Positions 1-11,734 of a DNA stretch of 64,000 nucleotides are shown here, piece by piece. Each line of letters begins with the position of its first letter. The first letter of the stretch is position 1. The notes below the pieces were generated by a model. That model ran no database searches and was not told the DNA's origin. It saw nothing but the letters and a program-made list of their open reading frames with translations. Source of the stretch: Torpedo marmorata (taxonomy: Eukaryota); NCBI GenBank assembly GCA_977017645.1, contig OZ360255.1:34658001-34722000 (forward strand), in the 5' to 3' direction. Both the position numbers and the translations under genes were made by a program.

Positions 1-123
1 TATTTATATTTTCTTATAGTAATGTCGTAAGATGGAACTAATATGAATGTTTACACTATGATGCTTCCGAAAATAACTGAATTTCATGACTAGCTCATGA
101 CAATAAATTCTGATTCTGATTCT
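1..123 (+). mobile_element. 3' tail of a Rex1/Babar-type LINE
   Basis: catgacaataaattctgattctgattct tail, matching the end of the full-length element at ~52560-52695. Confidence 0.8.
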
Positions 124-1132
124 TTAATTCAGCGTGAATCCAGAAGAGGGTGTCCCGCTCATCAAATTTTTGCCATCCAGGAAGTTGGGCGTTTGCCTTT
201 TTGGTGTACCATCTGCTCGTTATCCGAGATTGGTAGGTCGGTAACCCTTATTCACATTAATAGTATTTGAGGAACTAAAAGCCCTGTTATTCGCCAAAGG
301 AAAGATGGATTAGATACCAAATATTCTTTTCCTTCTTTCCATTTAATTTTACGTATAATTTCTATTGAGTTGGACGTGTGAAGATGCGGGGTAAAGTCGT
401 TAGTTAATTCAAATGCACAGCCTGTGCGGTCATAAGAACGAGCAACATGAGGGTTTGATACTTCCAGTGGCGGATTAAAATCTGACTGTGAAAAATCCAA
501 AGCCCACCACTGAGCTGTGCTGATACATGAAATTTTCTCAATGGTAATTCAGTTAAAGATATACAATCACGTGTGCCTTGAATCTCGACTTGTAAAGGGA
601 AAGTAGATCACGTTCTTCTAAATTACATTCCCAATTTGAAGTGACTGCAAAATGGAGGGTATATTTCCGATACTGATATGTCACCATGAGTGGCTGCGTG
701 CGGGAGTAAATACGTTTTTCTGTTTCGAACCCCAACAATGTCACAGTATACTCAATCAAGGGAAACCAATGTCTTTCAGCAATTTCCTGATCTCGGGTTG
801 ATGCAGTGGCCGAGGTATCAATCATAAAAGGGACTGGAATTCCTTCAACTGTCATGGTTACTGGAGGTTCTTCATGAGGCTGATGTGTGAGGACCGGAAA
901 CTTACGCTTCAATCGTTGAGTAACCGGGTTGGTGGCAGTAAACGTGATAGAACGAGGTGGGGTCGGCTAACATTGGGAGGACGAGGGAGTACCGAGGATA
1001 TTTGCAGATATGGCAGGAACATCTCCTGTCGCCATATTGCCCACAATTGAAATAAATCCTCTTTGCTGATGTGGAACGAAAAAGGAACTGAACGATGGAT
1101 TTGATTTCTGTGCCCAACGATTGGCAGCAGAT
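124..1132 (-). mobile_element. Degenerate class I (epsilon-like) ERV fragment: gag zinc knuckle, protease, post-protease domain
   Basis: CFNCGQYG knuckle remnant (902..1117). Aspartic protease EEPPVTMTVEGIPVPFMIDTSAT...NLEERDLL (553..912). Confidence 0.75.
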
Positions 1133-2165
1133 TAGCTAGGGCCCTGCACTTTTTCTATGTTAATGGCCCATCCTCGCGCACGCAGGGCAATAATGAATAT
1201 GTCAAGAGTCTGTGCCACTGCTTCCTCAGATGGGCCCTGGAGTAGGACATCGTCGATATAATGTGGAACTGAGATATTTGGGGGAACACTAATGTAGTTT
1301 TCTTATGTCCCGAGCAATTAAATAGTGACAGAATGTGGGGCTATGCCCTGGGGAAGACGGCAAACTGTATATCGGATGTCCTCACACGTAAAGGCGAATT
1401 GATCCTGCAAATCGGGACTGAGGGGAATGGAGAAGATAGCGTTAGCCAAATCGACAACGACGGACCAATGGTTCTTCCCACGTTCCCCTATGTCCTCCAC
1501 CAGGGTGACCACATCAGGAAATGCGCCGGTGAGGGGGGCGACCTTGTTTAGCTGCCTGTAATGGATGGTCAATGCGCCACGTGCCATTCTTCTTGCGCAC
1601 GAGCCAGACCGGGCTGTTGAATTGGGAGATGGCAGGTCGGATGACTCGCTTCCGCAATAATGCGTCAATTGATTCCGTGATTTCCTTACTGCCCCCACGC
1701 ACCCGGTATTGTCGGGTGCGGACTACCTTGGACAGGGGAACATTATGGGCTCCCATTTGGCCGCTCCAACTACTATGGTCGCGCGGACGACTCCGAAGAT
1801 TAATCTCCCCATGTTGGTGCGCATGGACTGCCCCTTGAGCAGGTTCATTCCAAAGAAATACTAGGTGGAGTCAGCGACGAAAAGAGGAAGGGGTATGGGG
1901 TGGTAAATTGCCTATGGCTAGGCGGATGATAACCTCTCTGGCGGGATTGTGGACCATCCTAAACACTCTTCGGGGATCTGAGGTCCTCTCCAAACTGCGG
2001 GATTATTGGGGATAATCGTGTGTTCGGCCCCAGTGTCTACTAGTGCCACCCAAGGCTGTGTGTTCCCTTTGACCCAGTGTACGGCTACTGGGATGTACGG
2101 CGTCGGGTCGGCCGGCCGGGACAGGATCGCTGAGTGAATCCGCCGTGTGCCCTGCCCTCTATCCT
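1133..2165 (-). mobile_element. Degenerate class III (ERV-L/S-like) protease plus N-terminal RT
   Basis: Minus-strand translation across frameshifts: PYIPVAVHWVKGNTQPWVALVDTGAEHT; QYRV.GG, FNSPVW.VRKKNG.WR, DLANAIFSIP, LPQG, HYIDD, GWAIN..KVQGP. Confidence 0.75.
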
Positions 2166-2759
2166 ATGGGAGGCGGGTGGAGGACATTGCATGTGCAACC
2201 TAACCAAAGTAATACGATCACGTATTTACAAACTTGCGTAAATATTATCACTATGTATTGCTCCAGTTCGCCTCAACTGAAGTTAAGCTCAGTGGCCTAT
2301 AATTTCCAGGATTATGTTTTTATCTTTCTTGAACAAATTTGAAACATTCGACACTTAACTGACCACGAGCTCTTTGTGATGATGGTGAGGATTCAAATTT
2401 CTTTATCAAGGACCAAGCAATTTCTGGTTTTGCCTCTTTAATACCCAGATATTTTATATGCGACCAAGAGCAAGTGATGTATCCATCTCAATGCTCCTCA
2501 AAACACATAAAAAGACATCTTTTTGATGTCGAAATGGTAAAATAGAATAGCACACTCCACATTCTGCACCTTCTCTGTCTTACACCTTGGAAGACCTCAA
2601 TGCAATCCATTAATTTCGCACATCCACTGTTGCACGCATATATTTTAAATATGTAAAATCAGGATATAAACGCACAGAGCCATATTGTAGCTGTATAACA
2701 TTTTCGTTGTGCAGCACTTGTAATATCGTGTGCGATGTTCGCTGATCCATTGGAGAAAA

Positions 2760-3220
2760 AACGTTGAGCCTTTGAATACGGAGCAGCACAGATTCTCGAG
2801 GATTTTGCCAGGATTGAAGGGTGAGGGCTGTGGTCAAAGGTTCAACAGACTTGGGTCTCCTTAATCGTCGACGGCTGAGGAGGGACCTGATAGAGGTTTC
2901 TAAGGTATGAGGCACAATGATTGTGGAGACAGAACACGTTTATTCCGCGGCAAAACGTCACGGACCAGAAGACATCATTTTGGGTTGTGTGAGTTTAAGT
3001 TAGTTGCGGGCGTCATCTTCTTACATGGAGAGTCGTGTGTGCCTGGAACGGTCTGTCAGGTGACGCGGTGGACGCAGATGCAATAGCTGTGTTCATTGGG
3101 CTTCTGGATGGACACATGAAAATATACAATGTATGCATCAGGAGCAGAGGTTTACCACATTGTGTAGACATGTGGTCTCAAGGGCCTTTTCCTGTGCTTT
3201 ACTGTTCAATGATCCACTAA
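2760..3220 (+). mobile_element. Old CR1 LINE 3' remnant
   Basis: Decayed CR1 motifs (ctgaggagggacctgatagagg, gtgtgcctggaacg) and the agggccttttcctgtgc tail. Confidence 0.6.
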
Positions 3221-3622
3221 ATCGCAGCCGATGTTACACCTGACTCATTAACACAGGGCAACCAAGTTTATTGTACCAAGAGAAAATCAGTGTATTGTTT
3301 TAATCCTGAAATATTGGGTCATGTTTAAAGCATAATAGAAAGGTCGTGGGAAACCAACACGAAGTGAAGCAATTTCTTCGGAAATAAACGGAATAAAAGA
3401 GAAAAGAAGCGTTAATAACGAAGCATGAAGTCATGATGAAACTGCACTTGAAATGTTGTGCCGTTTGTCCTTCTCCGATAAAAGAGATAGTCTTCACATG
3501 TACGACTGGAACAACAATTCACAATTCTACTTTCATCTGTTGCTAAAGGAGAAATTCAGCAGAACAAAAACAAGCTGCAGGAAGAAGTCCGCCGGTGGGT
3601 CATTTCCCACTGCACTTCACTC

Positions 3623-3650
3623 CTGACGATGTGTTCCAGCACGAAACATC
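3623..3650 (+). ncRNA. Minimal hammerhead-ribozyme-like motif in a Penelope pLTR remnant (probably degenerate)
   Basis: CTGACGA-T-GTGT(TCCA)GCAC-GAAA-CA-TC. Stem I is weak. Confidence 0.4.
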
Positions 3651-4079
3651 GATCATTCCATTTCCTCCGCTGCTGCTCTGTTCTTCAGCTTATAGGTTTT
3701 TTGCTCCAAATTACAGCCCCTGCAGACTCTTGTGTGTCCTCTGCAGTCAACTGAGTCCCACTTAAATTTAATGCATGCATTCAGCGCTCGACAAAGCTGG
3801 CTGAATAGAGGATATTGCCACCACGTACATAGATCAGTGGCCACTCTCGTCCAGTGAATGCACGCATTCAGTGCTTGACTAAGCCACATCAAGAGGGGAT
3901 ATTTCCACCAGTTCATGGGCATCGTAGATCGTTGTCTAGAATCAGCCTGTTTGAAGGTGGGTTTGAGGATAAAGCCCCAAACCTATCGCTTTAATGAGTG
4001 TTATTTTTGGAATCAGTTTGCAGTTCCTAGCATCATGTGAATCAGGCAACAGCAGTGAATGATAAGACGAGTCCGAGGT

Positions 4080-4830
4080 GTATAGAAAACATGAAGAGTA
4101 AATGCCCGATGAAGACCATTCGGGAGTCGGGTGTCAGGATTATCAATATACAGATCCGGGCAAGACGAGCTGAGAGATAGTGGAGCTGAGGTGAAAGCGA
4201 GAGGGTTCCTTCTGTAGGATTGGAAAGTGTGAATAGGCATGGGGGAAGATGCCTCTGCTGGGCGATGATCAAATATCATCACCTCACCAGAACACATAAT
4301 CCCAGTATGTCACAATCCTGCCTGTCAAACCTGGAAGAGACTAATGTCACGGTAGATTACGCCCCAGAACAGCACTACCCATCTCCCAAACTTCAGATCC
4401 TTCTCTGATCGTCCACTTTCAAATTTACCTTTGGTTCCTTCCCTGTCCATCATCCAAGCCCCGCCGTTACTCCTCCTGAATCCCTCACCCCTCACCCCTC
4501 CATCGGTTTGTATTCCTTTCTGCAGCTGCCTGCACATCACATGACATTCCGTTCAATGCCTCTTTCTCCCCTTTTCTATCTCCCTATTTCCCTCCCGGCT
4601 GGCTCTCTCACGACAACTACTCTTTTTTTCTACGTGGATCTATCCCTTCAACTTGACCCACTGCACGTACAATATCTTTCCAATTACAACTCAACCGCTC
4701 ACAGATCCAATCTCACACATATCCTGCACTATTGCTCCTCCACTCTCCTGATATTCCTCCAGACCTCCTGAAACACTACAAGCTCCATTCCAACGATTCC
4801 CCGAAATCAGACTCGGCTCGCCAACATGTA
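4080..4830. mobile_element. Heavily decayed Penelope-like RT fragments
   Basis: Pyrimidine-rich sequence that resembles the reverse complement of the PLE at 14.9-15.6 kb. No long ORF. Confidence 0.4.
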
Positions 4831-5469
4831 TTCGTAGGGATGGGAAATGAAAAAAATTACAACATGCTATCCTCGCTTAGGTTGCTGAACAGAAATGTTC
4901 CGCACTGCGAGAAAATCTGAAAAAGCGCGGAAATAAGGTCGAAGTGACTTGGCGATTGTGTCTTTGTTTTCCTCGTAGGTTCTTCCTGATGATCAGAACA
5001 TGTGAATGTAAATTCCTCAGTTGCATTTGTTTAATTTGGATACCCATCTTTAATCTTTACATGAGGACCGGGTAAGAATCCGCATGTTATTTATGTAGTG
5101 TGCTGGATGTCGGCAGCTATGACTATACCCGCATTTGCTCCACTTTGGAGCTTGCACGTTCATCATTCGCTGAGGCAACGACAACAGCCGATGAAGTTCT
5201 GTCCGTAAACCATATCCCTCACTGTTATCCTGAGTAATAGGATTTAGAGTGGATCAGCAAATGACGCCATCGTTGTGAGCAAGTCCTGGCGGTGTACATG
5301 GCGCTGGAAACATCCAAGCCGCGAATTTTCCACGGAGTTAAACAATAAAGTCTGCAGGTGCTGTGATTGAAATTTATGAAAAAAGTTCCCATGTAGATTT
5401 TGTCCATCTTGGAGGGAGAGGTCGATGTTTCCGGAAGAGATGGAGGAGCTGCTCGCTGGAGTTAATGCG

Positions 5470-5990
5470 GATATTGGTAGATGTTTACACCTACCATTCT
5501 ACGAAGGAAGTACAGGATTTGACAATGGCACAGGGAAAGTTGATCAGGACGTGGCCTGGTTCAGAGGGAATGAGTAATGGGGAGATATTGAACAAGCTTG
5601 TATTGTTTTCTCTGCAGCGTCAATGGCTGTAGGTCGACCGATTAGCATTTTGCAAAGTTATGAGCGCAATTCGCCGGCTGTCAAGTCGTAATCTTTTTTT
5701 TCCCCGGTGTAAAAGCGACACATTCCTGAGAACATGAGTTTTATGCGGTATAAAGGAGAAGGGCATGCCCAGTTTGTTACACAGAGAGTGGTTGGTGCAT
5801 GGAGCGGGTGTCCACTGGTAGTGGTGGAAGTGGATATAACAAGAGAGCCATAGAAACGTCTTGACAGACAGATGGATGTGAAGGGGATGAGCGGACATCA
5901 GGTGCGAGGAGCAGAGATATAGTTTGATTTCGACATCATGCTCGGCATAGACACGTGGGGCGTAGAGTCTGTTCCCCTTCGATGTTAAGC
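5470..5990 (+). mobile_element. Old CR1 LINE 3' remnant
   Basis: ttacacagagagtggttggtgcatgga and other decayed CR1 3' motifs. Confidence 0.5.
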
Positions 5991-6752
5991 CTGTGCAGAC
6001 GTCCGGGTGATTTTTTGGTGTGAATTCAACCAGCAGCCTGGGCAAAAACCTGGGAGCTGTGGGACATGCAGAAAATGGAGACTACGAGTAGATATAGGAC
6101 AGCATTGAACGCACCAGACCTGTTGGACACAATATCAGTGAGACCGCGGGTATTAAATATAATACCAATGATCTAGATAATCGAAGTAAGTTACAATAAT
6201 CCCGGGACATTTTCTATAAAGTGAGACGAAACATTGAGAGCATTGGGTGTGACATTGGATGTTCTGGGCACGGGCAACATCACAGACACCATGAGTAGAG
6301 AGTCATTGTCCATGAATTGTTGTTTACTGCCGTTGGGGACTGAGGATGCCATGATATTCCACGTCGGTTACGCTGGTGGTGGACTATCGGCAGGGGACCT
6401 GTGGGTCACCATTTTGGGAAGTAATGGAATTTGATCCGACGGAAAATAACTTCAGTATTGATCATCCAAGTGTATTATTTTCCTTCTGTTCGAGCCTCAA
6501 CTACCATCCCGGAAACGCATTGCAGGTACCCACAACTCTCTGATTCAATGTTTTTTGCAGAGCGACAGAGAGTGATGTATGGTGGTCTACAATCTGAATT
6601 CTAGAGGTGAAAGTGTAATGGCCAGGTGAAGTTGATGGTAGATCGCAATCTCTGAAAACTATGTGACGCAGGGGATTTTCGGGAACAATTGCATTGAATG
6701 AAAATGACATAGAGAAGAAGCAAGATACAGTACGGCCAGCTCAAGGCTGCGT

Positions 6753-7660
6753 TCAGGAAACGTATTTCTGAATGAACTGAAATACAGAGCAGACGGAATA
6801 TTTTACCGCGCTCTTCAACTCTTCCCTGAACTTTGACTGGGTTGCTGCATAAATAAACGTGTTCGTGCAGCAGTTCAGAGTTCGCAGCAAGTATCCGACA
6901 AAGTTAAAGACCATTTGTGATTCATTTTAGTTTCCACCAATCCCTGCGACTCGAGAATAAATGAATTCAAAAACGTTCGTCATCCACACGAAGAGAAAGC
7001 TGCCGGAGATTGTGATGAGTAAAAGCACAGACCTCCTCCTGCCCTCCATCTCCGGATTACTGCGGTTCTCCCCCTTGTTTTGACCTATCAGCCCCTTACG
7101 GACCCGATTGGCCACAACAATATGTCTGATTGTCAGACCGTTGAACAGCAGGATTACAATGAAAGGAAGGAATGGATTTAAACACTTATCGAACCACTGA
7201 AATCCGAACCATCCAGGGTCAGTGTAAATGCTCAGCTTCACTTGACAGAACCAGGGCACATTATCAATAAATTCCAACGGTTCGAAAAAAAAGTAGAATG
7301 GAACGTTTTTCGGAAAGAACAGAACGGCAGTTGCTGCCAGAACCACAGCCGCAGTTCCACCAGTGCAATATTTTGCTTTTAACTTCAGGCAACAGATGGC
7401 GACAAAGCGGTCAAACGTGAGGAAAACGGTGAACCAGACCGAATAGTCCGTTGCTGCACGAGCGAGAACATGTAAAACACTGCACACGGGGGTGAGATGC
7501 AGGAAACTTATTGGGAAGTAGTGGAATTTGATCCGACTGAAAATAACTTCAGTAATGATCACCATTAGATCCGCCGTTGCCATGGCCACCAGGTAGCGAG
7601 TGGTGCAAATGGAGAGGCCGCACTTTCCCCGGGACAGGATGACAATCGCCACTAAATTCA
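6753..7660 (-). pseudogene. GPR139/GPR142-like GPCR copy A, exon 2, with premature stop
   Basis: Acceptor ttttgtctag|TG at 7661/7660. NLVAIVILSRGKCG...FDRFVAIC. TAA at 6927-6929 where copy C has GAA. The frame continues through NCCTNTFIYA to the ancestral TGA at 6753-6755. Confidence 0.9.
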
Positions 7661-8139
7661 CTAGACAAAATGAAAAGGACCGACAATCAGAATGAAAAAT
7701 TCAATATTATTTCGCCCAAACCGAAGTTCATGAAGCCTCACACATACCCATGCCTTCACCTTCTCCGGAAAATAACCACGAGATAATGAAAACGGGGATG
7801 ACGGGCTGTGAGGGTGAAATTAGCAGGCGACCACACACAAAAGCACGATTAAGGTTCCAAGGACGCCAGCAGAAGCCTGGTGATTAGCTTCGGCGATACG
7901 ATAAATGAAGTGATTAAGTAGACAGTTCATACCCATGTTCCCAAAACCTTGCGTGGACAGGACCGATGCTCCCTTTTAGTAACACACTGTCAATGAACGT
8001 TACCAATGTAAACTCCCCTATTGAACATTTCAATAGTGCTTCCTGCTCTGATATTACCCACAGCAGTGGATATGTCCTGCAAAAGGTAGTAACGCTTTTC
8101 TCGGGGTTCCATTGACCAGCAGAGATTTGCGTTCATTCC

Positions 8140-8398
8140 ATTTTTAAGTTAGATATACAACACGGTCACAGGTGCTTCCCGCCCACGACACCGAGCGTTT
8201 CGAATACATGTGACCAACTAGCCGACTGATCTGGTAAATTTTAGGAATGAAAGCTAAAACAGCAGCACCCAAAGGAAACTCCTGCAAGTCACCAGGCGGG
8301 AGAGAAGGGATAAATTCCTAACACAAAGCTTCGGATTCGAAAGCGGTTGCTCGCACTGTAATAGCACTGCCCGACCCGCTCCGCTTCCCGTGTCTGCC
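8140..8398 (-). mobile_element. Decayed tRNA-derived SINE in the copy A intron (paralog ~60480-60737)
   Basis: tRNA-like head (gctattacagtgcgagcaaccgctttcgaatcc on the minus strand). Confidence 0.5.
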
Positions 8399-8724
8399 TT
8401 AATGTACTTCTTGTTGACAATGTAATGAAGTAGAATGTTGATTCAGGAGATGAATGTTAACACACAGATGTTGCTGTTCATCATGGAACATGAATTTCCG
8501 AAAGCTGTGTGCGTTTCACAAACAGCAGAGGCAAATCAAGGAAAGAACAATGCAGAGGAATAGAAGAAAGAGTGGGCAACTCAGCGTCTGTCATTCAATT
8601 TGCTCAAGCGTGATCCTCCATGCCGACACCATGTTGCAATCCAGACTTCCTCTCCCCTTCTTTTTCTACACCCACTCTCTCCCTCTCCGTCTGCTTTCTC
8701 TCTCTCTACTGTCTCTGTCTTTGT

Positions 8725-8888
8725 NNNNNNNNNNNNNNNNNNNNNNNNNNNNNNNNNNNNNNNNNNNNNNNNNNNNNNNNNNNNNNNNNNNNNNNNNNNN
8801 NNNNNNNNNNNNNNNNNNNNNNNNNNNNNNNNNNNNNNNNNNNNNNNNNNNNNNNNNNNNNNNNNNNNNNNNNNNNNNNNNNNNNNNN
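8725..8888. other. N run (gap or masked low-complexity) beside a CT-rich tract
   Basis: Ns preceded by (CT)n. An equivalent N run lies at the same site in copy 2 (60999-61287). Confidence 0.95.
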
Positions 8889-9569
8889 TCCATATACCGT
8901 TTGACGAGTTTAGATATATTATTCTTTCATGTTACTGAATTTCGTTGACCTGGCTTCCAACCATTTTCTTTATCAGGCTTCCACGTGCTTTCCTTTGCTC
9001 GAGTTTTCAAATAATTTCTCTCTCACAGACTCCAGGGCTTGATGTGCTCAATGCAGTGTGACCGCAGCCTTGTGACCCACCCACCAATTATTCAACCTCT
9101 CGCGTCCTGGCAGATATCCAGAAAGTTGTATGACCGCCTCCCTGGCTCTCAACGCCAGAGAAACAAGACTTAGTCGACCACAGACCATCCGACTGTTGCG
9201 ATTCCTTCCGAAATTCAGGTGGCGAACACACTCTGAATATCACATTTCGTTTTCTATCCTGACGGAGAAAATGAGCTTCAATCCAAAACACAGTGCAACA
9301 TATGGTTTTCATCAATGACCTGCACAACGGTTATCACGATTCTTTGCATATTGATTCTTATGCACCAAACTTTAGAACGCATTTCCTTCTTACCTCCAAT
9401 GACTCGTTATCATTTTACACGCTATCCTCTGCATGACACGATAAGGAAAGCCACCGAATACCACAATTTGCACCTGTTATACCTGACCTCTCCCTCCAAG
9501 TTAGGTCTTTTTAAAACTGCGGAATTTTAAAACATGATTTCTAATTTTAAATTTACACGTGCTTCGCGG

Positions 9570-9772
9570 TAATAGGCCCTTCTGGACTACGAGCACTTGC
9601 CCCCAAATGCACCAATTAACCTGCAGCCTCAGTGCGCTTTTGAAGGGTGGGAGGAAACCGGAGCTCCCGGGTGAACCCACGCAGACACGGGGAGAATGAA
9701 GAAGCTTTTTACAGACGGCGCCGTATTGCGCTGTAATAGTTTCGCACTAAAGACCACGCTTACCATGCCGCA
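9570..9772 (-). mobile_element. V-SINE-like element (paralog ~61995-62198)
   Basis: gggaggaaaccggagctcccgggtgaacccacgcagacacggggagaatg matches the vertebrate V-domain in reverse, with a tRNA-like head at the right. Confidence 0.7.
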
Positions 9773-9949
9773 CACGTTCATAAATGACTCTCATGAATTC
9801 ATGTTAACTTTGCGGAACCTCTCCGTCCATTTAAAATGAAGGGCTTAAACTACCTTCTGACCCAAGGAAGTTTGGACGATGGAAACAAAGTTTTCCATTA
9901 TTTCAATGGCTACTCTTATAGGATACCTTCTGCAGATACATACAACATT

Positions 9950-10515
9950 TAACACTACAGCACAGTACAGACCCTTCGGCCCTCGACGTTGTTCCGGCCC
10001 ATATATTCCTTGAAAAAATACGAAACCCTCCCTACCCCGTAACCCTCTATTTTTCTTTCATCCATGTGCCTGTCTAGGAGTCTCCTAAATGCCCCTAATG
10101 TTTCAGCCTCCACCACCACCCCTGGCAAGGCATTCCAGGCACCCACTACTCTATGTGTAAAAAACCTAACCCTGATACCTCCGCTAAACTTCTCTCCCTT
10201 CACTTTGTACATACTGTATGTCCTCTGGTATTTACTATTCCTCCCCTGGGAAACAGGCGATGGCTGTCCACCATATCTATGCCTCTCATAATCTTGTAGA
10301 CCTCTATCAAGTCACCTCTCATCCTTCTATGCTCCAAAGTGAAAAGTCCCAGCTCTGATAACCTGGCCTCATAAGACTTATTCTCCAATCCAGGCAACAT
10401 CCTGGTAAATCTCCTCTGCATCCTCTCCATAGCTTACACATCCTTCCTATAATGAGGTGACCAGAACTGAACACAATACTCCAAGGGTGGTCTTACCAAC
10501 ATTAATATAAGTTGC
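9950..10515 (-). mobile_element. CR1 LINE 3' fragment (paralog ~62355-62920)
   Basis: ERMQRRFTRMLPGL, RRMRGDLIEVYKIMRG, FFTHRVVGAWNALP. Confidence 0.9.
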
Positions 10516-10762
10516 ACTGCCCTTCTTCGTTTGCGTGATTACTCACAACTTCTGACAGGTTGTTTGTCGTCGTTTCTGTTCAGAGCGGAGAGCAGCAGCA
10601 GGTCATACTGCTTTCCAACAGTCCAGCGCCGTACGTTAGACCCTGATCCGGGTGTTGACAGAGCTGAGTTCGCATGGCTCAGCCGAAAAAGCGCCGTGAT
10701 CCATGAGAACACGCTAAAGACCTAAACTACTTTAGAGGATGTAAGTAATCGCAGTGAGTTAC

Positions 10763-10829
10763 CAAGAATTCCGATGGCGGCGATGACCACGTACAGTATC
10801 TTCTCCACACTGAGATAACTCTCCCACAT
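10763..10829 (-). pseudogene. GPR139/GPR142-like GPCR copy A, exon 1
   Basis: ATG at 10829-10827 gives MWESYLSVEKILYVVIAAIGIL plus 1 nt. GTAACT donor. The phase-1 join G+TG restores V-NLVAIV. Confidence 0.9.
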
Positions 10830-10989
10830 TTTCTGTGCGAGGCGACGTGTTCCTCTTTGGCAGATTTAATTCCTCCGAATGGAGTTTAAAAGCCATATAT
10901 TCCCGAGATCATATGCCCTTTGGGATCTCCGCTGGGACATTTGGGTTTCAACTAAGTTCAAAATATGTTTGAAAAATGTGAACAAACAA

Positions 10990-11001
10990 TGACGTCAGCT
11001 G
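10990..11001. promoter_or_regulatory. Perfect CRE (TGACGTCA) overlapping an E-box (CAGCTG), ~160 bp upstream of the copy A ATG
   Basis: tgacgtcagctg, conserved in copy C at 63392-63403. Function not shown. Confidence 0.4.
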
Positions 11002-11734
11002 GTCTAATCCCCCGCCGTGATAGGTTGTGAATTCTTCAGTAATTTAATTGAGAAGCGCTGCAACGCTAAAATGTGGCAAGTGCGTGGTGTTAACTGGAAG
11101 CGGTGTTGCTTCAGCAATGGGATATCATTTCATACAAGATCAGACACATCTCTACAGCTCACATCTCTGGCTGACGTCTTTCAAAGTTTGAATTCAGCTT
11201 GGTCATTCCAAATTTAAAGAGGGTTCTCATAGACTCCGTGTAAACTGGATATGTTGGGCGTTCCTTCCTTGCATTTAAAACATATTAATGAACAACAGCA
11301 ATAAGGCTCAAGCCATCAGACCTATGATTGTTTCAAATAATGACCCGTGTCCAAGCGTTGCTGGTGGTCAGACACAACACACTTCATCTGCATAGTCTAT
11401 TGTTGGAATGCACGCACAATTAATTTTCCTCAAACAGATTCAGATGCTCACTCCAATGACCAGCACATAAAAATATCTGTCGGGTTCGGTCATTAATCGA
11501 TGTTACTCTCTGAGACAAATGATGGCATTTGTACGCGGAAAAGATGCAATATATGTTTCCGCACAATCAAAAGGAAATCTCGTGGAAATTACATCTCTGG
11601 GTGAACACGGTAGAAGGAAAGATACTTCAACGTAGATAAATACAGCCATGAAGTAATTTAGGTTGAAACAAAAATATATCTGCAGCATTTAGTTTCACAA
11701 ATTGTGACATCCTCCACAGTTAACGTTCTGACTG

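Larger units (their letters stand above)
1..11590 (+). repeat. Segmental duplication unit, copy 1 (direct paralog of ~52560-64000)
   Basis: Colinear, roughly 95% identical by eye. Duplicated ORFs include 553..912 vs 53126..53485, 2145..2342 vs 54717..54914 and 11017..11217 vs 63419..63619. Both copies run off the window ends. Confidence 0.95.

Noticed and set aside
8320-8398. tRNA gene
   Set aside because: Decayed SINE head with no intact cloverleaf.
8454-8948. ORFs spanning N runs (also 60828-61347)
   Set aside because: Artefacts of undefined bases.
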